From NCBI GenBank assembly GCA_033549165.1, contig JAWSUM010000002.1:16211-80210 (forward strand): 64,000 nt of DNA, written 5' to 3'. Source of the DNA: Methanolobus sp. Its GTDB lineage: Archaea > Halobacteriota > Methanosarcinia > Methanosarcinales > Methanosarcinaceae. Both the position numbers and the translations under genes were made by a program. Below are positions 56,823 through 64,000 of the stretch, in pieces; position 1 is the stretch's first letter, and each line of letters begins with the position of its first letter. The notes below the pieces were generated by a model, which made no database searches, was not told the origin of the DNA, and saw nothing but the letters and a program-made list of their open reading frames with translations.

Positions 56823-58088
56823 TCAGAACTTATATTGTTTATGCCTGTGGTATACCCAAAACGCTATGCCCCCGATTATGAGCAAAGGGATCAAGTAAAT
56901 ATGGATCGGCTGTTCGAAAAGGTAGTCGTATTTCCCTTTTGTGACGTAAATAGTATTTGTCACAAGAGAGGAACTGACCTCCTGCATATCCGAATCCACT
57001 CCATTGTTATACAGATAAGAGTTTTCTGCTGAGAGTGTGTAGGTTCCTTCTTCAGCGGCCTTTAGATTGAAACGGATCTCTTTTTCCTGTTGCACACCAA
57101 AGGACTCAAGATATATCGTGGGAACACCCGAAATAATCCCTATGTTCGAATCACCATTTGCATACTTAAGACCATCGGGAACGATTATTCCGATCGTGAC
57201 CGCACTTGCTGGAGCATTTCCGGTATTCCTGATCCTTACAATACCCTGAAGATCCTTGTTCCTGTCAATGGTATACCTGTCAAGTTCCATTGTGACATCA
57301 AGACTGGCATTCTTTGTCGCGGATGAGCCGGTGACTGTAACCGTGGGCTTGTTTGAAGAAGCCTGAGGCATATCCTCCCCTATATTATTAGAGTAGATCG
57401 CAGTAGTTGGTTCAAAGGTAAATGTACCGGCTTCAGTTGATTTCAATACATATGTATAGACAAGCCGGGTTTCGCCCTCTTCCAGTGACATCTGGCCAGA
57501 GGGGGATATGAATGTTTGGTCCAGGATGAACTTCGCAGGGATATTGTCGGAAAGAATGACCTTTGTCGCTTTATCATCACCGGTGTTCTTCACAGAAACC
57601 TTAACAGTTATAGTCTCACCTGCAGCTATACTTGCTGGCTCGACCGTCTTGGTGATCTCAAGTTCAGGCGTTCCGGAAAACTCTGCTTCGCCGTGGCCTC
57701 CATCAACGACACCAAGTGTCTTGCTATTAATGAAATCATCATCTGTGACGGTGATCAATAATTTTGCCTTGGGTATAACTCCCGAGTATACGGAGAGGAC
57801 AGTTATCTTTACGTCCTCACCTTCCACCTCGAACTCGTACGAACTATCCACCGTTATCAGTTTATCGTACTTGGGATCCTTGGCATCTCCTTCATAAATC
57901 TGGATGATCGCAGAATCCTGGTTATAGAATACTTCGGCCACATCGATAACGTAATTGTTTATCTGGTAACCGTCACCCTCTGTAATCGTATCATTGTACA
58001 GTACTTTACCGGAGGCACCACCTGCAGATACTAATATAAAAAACAGAAGCAGTGATGCAAGCATGAATGTTTTCCTAAAATGAACCAT
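56823..58088 (-). CDS. Secreted, C-terminally anchored surface protein with DUF11/BatD-like Ig repeats
   Basis: Signal peptide; two V.V.N.G...A..V...D/I..P repeats; C-terminal TM + basic tail. Confidence 0.75.
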   Translation of the reverse strand: MVHFRKTFMLASLLLFFILVSAGGASGKVLYNDTITEGDGYQINNYVIDVAEVFYNQDSAIIQIYEGDAKDPKYDKLITVDSSYEFEVEGEDVKITVLSVYSGVIPKAKLLITVTDDDFINSKTLGVVDGGHGEAEFSGTPELEITKTVEPASIAAGETITVKVSVKNTGDDKATKVILSDNIPAKFILDQTFISPSGQMSLEEGETRLVYTYVLKSTEAGTFTFEPTTAIYSNNIGEDMPQASSNKPTVTVTGSSATKNASLDVTMELDRYTIDRNKDLQGIVRIRNTGNAPASAVTIGIIVPDGLKYANGDSNIGIISGVPTIYLESFGVQQEKEIRFNLKAAEEGTYTLSAENSYLYNNGVDSDMQEVSSSLVTNTIYVTKGKYDYLFEQPIHIYLIPLLIIGGIAFWVYHRHKQYKF

Positions 58089-58208
58089 ATTCCCTCAGGT
58101 TAATAGAATATTTCTGACCGTGATTTGCATAGTGTGATAAATATGTGGAGTTTAATATAAACCTTATGATTATGAGAACATTAACATTTACCACATATTG
58201 CCCCTGTT

Positions 58209-59033
58209 TTAAGAAAGGAATTCAAGGCTTATGTCCACCCAGCGAGACTGATGGATGATGGAACCCATGGATATAACGTGAACACCGGTCCTGGCATATT
58301 CTTCAAGGTTCTCAAGACCTATGCCTCCGGAAACCTCAATTATCACATGTTCATGAACATCTGCCTTCCTGAAAGCAGCCATTGTATCAATTACAGTGGC
58401 AGGATCCATGTTGTCAAGCATGATGATGTCTGCACCAAGTCTTGCAGCCAGCAATGCGTCTTCGGTGGATTCGACCTCAACTTCTATCTTCTGGGTAAAA
58501 CTTGCCTTTTTTCTTGCTGATACGATCGCAGATTCAATACCCATCATCTTAACGTGGTTGTCTTTTATCATGACGGCATCTGATAGGTTAAAACGGTGAG
58601 GGTCACCACCTCCTGCAATGACTGCCATCTTTTCATGTTCACGCAGTCCGGGAGTTGTCTTCCTTGTACATGCGACCTTTGCATCCGAAAAGTTCCTGAC
58701 GATGTTCACACATCTTCGGGTAAGTGTTGCAATGCCACACAGGTGACCCAGGAAATTCAGCACCACACGTTCAGCCCGGAGTATGGAGACGGAACTGCCC
58801 TGGAGAGAAAAGATCACATCTCCTTTTCTGACAGAATCTCCTTGCAGGTGTTCATTTTTGGCATATATTCCAAGATAATTGAAAAAGGACTTTGCAACAT
58901 CAAGCCCTGCAAGGGTGCAGTCCTCTTTCGTGAAAATGACAGCATGAACTTCCCTGTCGGGAACCAGAGTACAGGAGACATCGTTGTATCCGAGATCCTC
59001 CTGAAGATAATGTTCGATTTCAGATGTCAGCAT
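58209..59033 (-). CDS. nadC: Quinolinate phosphoribosyltransferase
   Basis: TRKTTPGLR, HRFNLSDAVMIKDNH, EVEV, IMLDN, SGGI. Confidence 0.96.
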   Translation of the reverse strand: MLTSEIEHYLQEDLGYNDVSCTLVPDREVHAVIFTKEDCTLAGLDVAKSFFNYLGIYAKNEHLQGDSVRKGDVIFSLQGSSVSILRAERVVLNFLGHLCGIATLTRRCVNIVRNFSDAKVACTRKTTPGLREHEKMAVIAGGGDPHRFNLSDAVMIKDNHVKMMGIESAIVSARKKASFTQKIEVEVESTEDALLAARLGADIIMLDNMDPATVIDTMAAFRKADVHEHVIIEVSGGIGLENLEEYARTGVHVISMGSIIHQSRWVDISLEFLS

Positions 59034-59162
59034 CCTTTCACCGCGCAGTAATTACCTTCAAGAGATTTATATGCTTTTAGTGTATTAAGGAAAACCTACT
59101 TAACCAATCAATATAAGCAGTAATGAAAATGACAATCGATCGTTCAATTCCGGGAGAACAGA

Positions 59163-59978
59163 ATGCTTAGGATAGGAGTAATTGGCTGCGGAACCATTGG
59201 AGCAGGCATATGCAAGGCCATAGATGACGGGACTATCAAGGCAGAACTTGTTGCTATCTACGACAGGCATGTAGAAGATGCCGAGAAGCTGAAAAGCTCA
59301 CTGAAGAGCTGTACACCTGAGACATTGGAAATAATGGACATGACCAAAAAGATAGACCTCCTTGTGGAGTGCGCCTCACAGGAAGCGGTCTATGAAGTGA
59401 TACCCGCTGCCCTTCTCGCACATTGCGATGTTATGATTATGAGTGTAGGTGCCTTCGCAGACGAAAAACTGCGTCAGACAATAGAGAACCTGGCAAGAGA
59501 TAATAACTGCAAGGTCTATCTGCCATCGGGAGCCATTGTAGGTCTTGACGGACTCAAGTCGGCATCTGTTGAAAAGATATATTCTGTGACACTTACAACA
59601 CAAAAACCTCCGAGAGGACTCGCTGGTGCACCCTTTGTTATCAGGAACAAGATAGAACTTGACAAGATCACCAGCAAGACCGTGCTGTTCGAAGGACCCG
59701 CAAGTGAAGCTGTCCGGGCTTTCCCGGCCAACGTGAACGTAGCAGCAACCCTAAGCCTTGCAGGTCTCGGTTTTGAGAAGACAAAGGTAAGGATAGTTGC
59801 AAACCCGGCGCTGACGCGGAACATTCATGAAATAACAGTGGAAGGTGCCTTTGGAGAATTCACCACAAGGGTCGAGAACATACCCTCTCCCAGAAATCCC
59901 AGAAGCAGCTACCTCGCACAACTGTCTGCAATTGCAACTCTCAGGAAGATATCGAATCCATTCCAGATAGGAACTTAA
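59163..59978 (+). CDS. nadX: Aspartate dehydrogenase
   Basis: GCGTIG, VECAS, SVGAF, PSGAI.GLD, FPANVNVAA, NIHEI, NP..S.LA. Confidence 0.94.
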   Translation: MLRIGVIGCGTIGAGICKAIDDGTIKAELVAIYDRHVEDAEKLKSSLKSCTPETLEIMDMTKKIDLLVECASQEAVYEVIPAALLAHCDVMIMSVGAFADEKLRQTIENLARDNNCKVYLPSGAIVGLDGLKSASVEKIYSVTLTTQKPPRGLAGAPFVIRNKIELDKITSKTVLFEGPASEAVRAFPANVNVAATLSLAGLGFEKTKVRIVANPALTRNIHEITVEGAFGEFTTRVENIPSPRNPRSSYLAQLSAIATLRKISNPFQIGT

Positions 59979-60070
59979 AATAACAGGGTGTTCGATCGTT
60001 CGGCAGACACAGCGGACATCAAACGAGACAATACAAGCTGCTTTCGGAATAGATTGTTTATGGTGATCTG

Positions 60071-60991
60071 ATGCAGGACATACATATTACTATTGATAAG
60101 ATCAAAGAGCTCAGGACCAGGAAAAACGCCGTGATCCTGGCTCACAACTATGAAAGAGGCGAAATACAGGACATAGCTGATTTTACCGGCGATTCCCTCG
60201 GACTCAGCCAGCAGGCTGTACAACAGGATGCGGATGTCATAGTGTTCTGCGGGGTTCATTTCATGGCAGAGAGCGCAGCCATACTGAGCCCTGAAAAGAC
60301 CGTGCTGCTACCCGAGATCCATGCAGGCTGCCCCATGGCATCCATGGTGACTGCGGAGGCATTGCGGACTGAGAAGAAAAAATACCCTGATGCAGCTGTT
60401 GTCTGTTACGTGAACTCCACTGCAGAGGTAAAAGCCGAGAGTGATATTTGCTGCACTTCGGCAAATGCCGTTGAAGTTGTCAACTCACTTGAAGAGGAAG
60501 AGGTACTTTTCGTACCGGACAAGAACCTTGCCGACTATGTGGCTCGGAACAGCACGAAAAAGATAATTCCCTGGGAAGGATATTGCCCGACCCACAACCA
60601 GATACTTGTCAGCGATATCATATATGCTAAGCAAGCACACCCTGATGCTGAAGTTCTTGCACACCCCGAGTGCCGCAGGGATGTCATCGAGATATCCGAC
60701 AGGGTGTTCAGCACCACTGGAATGCTGAACTACGCCAGGAAGTCCATAAACAAGGAATTCATCATTGCCACAGAGAAAGGCATACTTCACAGGCTGAAGA
60801 AAGACAATCCTGATAAGATATTCCACTATGCATCGGAGTTCGCAGTCTGCCCAGAGATGAAGGCCATTGACCTTGATGCCCTGCTGCTTTCAATTGAGAA
60901 GACGCAACATGTCATCACAGTCCCAGAGGATGTGAGGGTGAAAGCAAAACTTGCACTTGACAGGATGCTTGCGGTAAAAAGAAGCAGGTAG
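60071..60991 (+). CDS. nadA: Quinolinate synthase
   Basis: [48 protein letters not shown]. Confidence 0.96.
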   Translation: MQDIHITIDKIKELRTRKNAVILAHNYERGEIQDIADFTGDSLGLSQQAVQQDADVIVFCGVHFMAESAAILSPEKTVLLPEIHAGCPMASMVTAEALRTEKKKYPDAAVVCYVNSTAEVKAESDICCTSANAVEVVNSLEEEEVLFVPDKNLADYVARNSTKKIIPWEGYCPTHNQILVSDIIYAKQAHPDAEVLAHPECRRDVIEISDRVFSTTGMLNYARKSINKEFIIATEKGILHRLKKDNPDKIFHYASEFAVCPEMKAIDLDALLLSIEKTQHVITVPEDVRVKAKLALDRMLAVKRSR

Positions 60992-61004
60992 GCCCGTAGA
61001 AATC

Positions 61005-61856
61005 ATGAATGCACACCTTAAGTTGATACGGTCCGGAAACTGCGCAATGGCTGCAATAGCCGCAACCATCGGCGTGTTCATTGCCTACAACATCCTGATA
61101 TCCAACAGTCCCGGAAGTATTCCTGTTCCCCTGTACGAATCACTGCTGGTATTCCTGACAGTATTCCTTGTTACCGGCGCAGGGAATGCCATCAATGACT
61201 ATTTCGATGTGGATATCGACCGGGTCAACAAACCAGGGAGACCGATACCTTCCGGCAAGATCAGCATGTCCAATGCCCTTTATTTTTCACTTGCACTGTT
61301 TGCATTCGGAACGCTTTTTGCATTCTTGATCAATCCCGTATGTGGCATTATTGCACTTGCCAATTCCCTGCTCCTGATATACTACGCAAGGACGCTCAAA
61401 CGCACAGCATTTCTCGGGAACCTGGCCGTGGGATACCTTACAGGATCCGCATTCCTTTTCGGAGGAGCTGTATTCTTCGAGAGTGGCGGACTTCAAAGCG
61501 TATTCGTGCTCTTCCTGCTTGCCACACTGGCAACTGTTGCCAGGGAGATCGTTAAAGATATCGAGGATATAGAAGGCGACATGAAGGACGGAGCACGTAC
61601 ACTCCCCATAGTCATCGGACCGAAAAGGGCTGCTTACCTTGCTTCCCTGATAGGATTAATTGCCGTACTGGCAAGTCCTCTGCCCTATTTTCAATCCCTG
61701 ATGAGCATCAGATATCTACTTATTGTAGCTGTTGCAGACCTGCTGTTTGCTATCGCACTCTATGAGATCCTGGGAAAAGATGATCCGGGAAAGTCGTCCC
61801 GTATGTTCAAGTTTGCAATGGTCTTTGCCCTGATATCGTTCATTGCAGGTGCCTGA
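61005..61856 (+). CDS. Digeranylgeranylglyceryl phosphate synthase (UbiA family)
   Basis: [34 protein letters not shown] motifs, multiple TMs. Confidence 0.9.
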   Translation: MNAHLKLIRSGNCAMAAIAATIGVFIAYNILISNSPGSIPVPLYESLLVFLTVFLVTGAGNAINDYFDVDIDRVNKPGRPIPSGKISMSNALYFSLALFAFGTLFAFLINPVCGIIALANSLLLIYYARTLKRTAFLGNLAVGYLTGSAFLFGGAVFFESGGLQSVFVLFLLATLATVAREIVKDIEDIEGDMKDGARTLPIVIGPKRAAYLASLIGLIAVLASPLPYFQSLMSIRYLLIVAVADLLFAIALYEILGKDDPGKSSRMFKFAMVFALISFIAGA

Positions 61857-63071
61857 TCAGTAGAGAGATATCATACCTCTGGCAAGTTCCATAGTGAATT
61901 CTGTGATGTTCTCCAGCTCACTGTCGATCTCTTCAGTGACCTCATCCTTTACGGACTCCACAGTACCCTTTTTCATCAGTATCTGTGCTGCAGCCACCTT
62001 AGGCTGATCGATGGGAACACCGATGTCGCTAAGGAGCCATACATATGCTTCCTCCACATCAGGCACGTTTGTATATATCCTGTCAGCTATGCGGTGCGAT
62101 AGAGCGTTGTATATCTTTCCCACATGACTCACCGGATTCTTCCCGGCAGCAGCCTCACTGCTTACGGGACGGTTCAGCGGGATTATTCCATTGACCCTGT
62201 TTCCACGACCCACCTGCCCGCAGTCTGCATCTTCGGCCGATGTACCGGTCACAGTTGTATATATACCACCCATCCCACGCCCTGGCATGTCAAGGTTGTT
62301 GAAGGAGAATGTCGTGTCCATCGAAACCCCTTTCTGCTCTACATAATCTGAAAAGAAATTCTCGATCGCATCCATTATATCGTTCTTCACGCGGAAATAA
62401 TGTTCCTCAGATTCCAGGAAACGGTCAACTATCGGCATGGCCACTGTCATGTCGAGGTCACTGCCCTTCCTTACACCCATGACCTTTACATCCTCACCGG
62501 ATTCAGGATATTGCTCCTTGAAAGCCGGGGAATTCAGGTAATTTTCAGTATCCAGTACCATTCTCTCAGTGAAAGACAATGGGGCGTATCCCACTGCAGC
62601 AGATGTATCATTGGCACCCAGGATCTCTCCTTCCCTCCTGAATATGTCAGTCAGCTCGGCAGAACCCGGTTTCAGTTCCACCTGGTAATCCACGAATTCT
62701 GGCTCAACGAAACGCAGGTTCTCATCGAACCATCTGGTTGCAGTATCGATGGCCATGCTACATACGTCAATGTCCTTTCCTTCTGCCGAGAATGTGGCAC
62801 GGTCACCGATAACCATACGCATAGGCTGTGTGACCATCCCCCCGCCGAAGATACCGGTCACCTCACCTGCCACAAGCAGGCATTTGTCGATGTTATGATG
62901 CAATATGGCACCGAACTCCTGAAGATATTCTTCACAAAGCCTTACTGATATACTGTCCATCACTGCATCGCAAATAGTGTCAGGATGTCCCATTCCTTTT
63001 CTTTCAACGATCTCAAGCGTCTGTGCTGCTGCACAGGATGCCCTGAATTCTTCTACTGTTATATTTCTCAA
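61857..63071 (-). CDS. mat: Archaeal methionine adenosyltransferase
   Basis: EIVERKG.GHPD, HHN.DK, ANDTS..VG, GEDVKVM, GRGNR.NG.I, AGKNP..HVGKIYN. Confidence 0.95.
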   Translation of the reverse strand: MRNITVEEFRASCAAAQTLEIVERKGMGHPDTICDAVMDSISVRLCEEYLQEFGAILHHNIDKCLLVAGEVTGIFGGGMVTQPMRMVIGDRATFSAEGKDIDVCSMAIDTATRWFDENLRFVEPEFVDYQVELKPGSAELTDIFRREGEILGANDTSAAVGYAPLSFTERMVLDTENYLNSPAFKEQYPESGEDVKVMGVRKGSDLDMTVAMPIVDRFLESEEHYFRVKNDIMDAIENFFSDYVEQKGVSMDTTFSFNNLDMPGRGMGGIYTTVTGTSAEDADCGQVGRGNRVNGIIPLNRPVSSEAAAGKNPVSHVGKIYNALSHRIADRIYTNVPDVEEAYVWLLSDIGVPIDQPKVAAAQILMKKGTVESVKDEVTEEIDSELENITEFTMELARGMISLY

Positions 63072-63142
63072 AGATATACCCCCATATACCCATGTGCCTT
63101 CTTTGTTTGATATAGTAATATGCTATTATGACTTAAGAATGT

Positions 63143-63853
63143 TTAAACTTCCGTGTCCTCTGTAGAAAGGATGTTTGCTTCAGATGCATGTTCCAGATAT
63201 TCCTGAAGTATCATGGGGAAAGTACTCGCAGGAACGAAACGTACCCCAAGTTCTTCAGCCCATTTCTGTATACCAAAATCACTTGCAACTACCGCAGCAT
63301 CCAGTTCCTTTGCAAGTATGAGCACATCAATATCAGGAGCGCTGTCAAGTATCCCATAGCGCATGGCTGAACGGTACTTGTTCCTGAATTTGCCGATATA
63401 CCCACCAATGACCCTTCTTTCAATATCCGCATTGATATCCTTCTTGTCATCAGCCTTGGTAGTTATGAACAGGCAATCAGTGGAAGAATCCCATATTGTC
63501 TCTTCTGCGATGGTCATTCCCTTATTGATACGCTCCCTCATATAGGAAACATACTCATGGAAGACCTTGGAAGGAATCTGTACATTATACCTGTCAGGAG
63601 CTTTTTTCACAAGCCAGGTGTCTATCTTTGCAATAACATCCTGGTCACATACATTGTTCTGTGCAAATTCCCGCAGCTCATTGTACACTGAAGGGAAAGG
63701 AACATAACAACTGATCCCCAACTGCAGCCGCGCGGAGGCTATCAGCTCAAGGATCTTGCGCATTCCATCACACATGCTTTCAATGCCCATTTTCTCTCTG
63801 GCATGCAGGTCGGTCAATGCGGTGGTATCCAGAATGAAACGCTGTCTTAACAT
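63143..63853 (-). CDS. HARP / 'RNA ligase partner' PIN-domain protein (RNA-free RNase P homolog)
   Basis: [41 protein letters not shown]. Confidence 0.88.
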   Translation of the reverse strand: MLRQRFILDTTALTDLHAREKMGIESMCDGMRKILELIASARLQLGISCYVPFPSVYNELREFAQNNVCDQDVIAKIDTWLVKKAPDRYNVQIPSKVFHEYVSYMRERINKGMTIAEETIWDSSTDCLFITTKADDKKDINADIERRVIGGYIGKFRNKYRSAMRYGILDSAPDIDVLILAKELDAAVVASDFGIQKWAEELGVRFVPASTFPMILQEYLEHASEANILSTEDTEV

Positions 63854-64000
63854 GCAACTCTCCTCAACCTGTAACAGGCTACTGTAAGAAATATTCTGTC
63901 ATTGCCTGCCATTTATAGATTAATGTGTACGCAGGAGTTAAGTATTTTTGCTAGTTTTTGAAAGGCACCTGTAAAAACTTTGAATAAATATATATATACT

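Noticed and set aside
61850-61862. Zero-gap tail-to-tail junction (TGA/TCA) of DGGGP synthase and mat
   Set aside because: Tight convergent packing is common in compact archaeal genomes, and there is no evidence of function.

Overview
Chromosomal window from a Methanosarcinaceae-type methanogenic archaeon. The evidence is an Rnf operon with the MmcA multiheme cytochrome, an archaeal histone, RPA/RFC/PriS/GINS, archaeal MAT, DGGGP synthase and HARP; the genus cannot be fixed from sequence alone. Layout: (1) 0.6-2.0 kb, a TnpB-only IS200/IS605 element inserted between a histidine kinase stop codon and its terminator. (2) 2-27.7 kb, housekeeping genes: rpa/rpap, flavodoxin, histone, rfcS, the full mmcA-rnfCDGEAB(Y) operon with divergent apbE, thpR, dacZ, a SatP-type channel with a long leader, pelota, rqcH, the priS-gins-rpl44e-rps27e-aIF2a-nop10-PAC2-endoQ cluster, and an intron-containing tRNA-Ser(CGA). 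(3) 27.9-33 kb, signalling genes. (4) 32.6-49.6 kb plus 54.1-54.8 kb, an envelope island with six MacB/LolE-type permeases, four ATPases, three COG1361 surface proteins, a Yip1 protein and a PGF-CTERM protein. This island is the best candidate for an undescribed system: an archaeal counterpart of Bacillus YknWXYZ in which a COG1361 protein occupies the adaptor slot. (5) 49.7-64 kb, LysE, a LarA homolog, enolase, a TYW3-like protein, a CetZ-like tubulin, NAD synthesis genes, DGGGP synthase, MAT and HARP. No CRISPR array or rRNA was seen. All family assignments come from recognised motifs; no database search was run.
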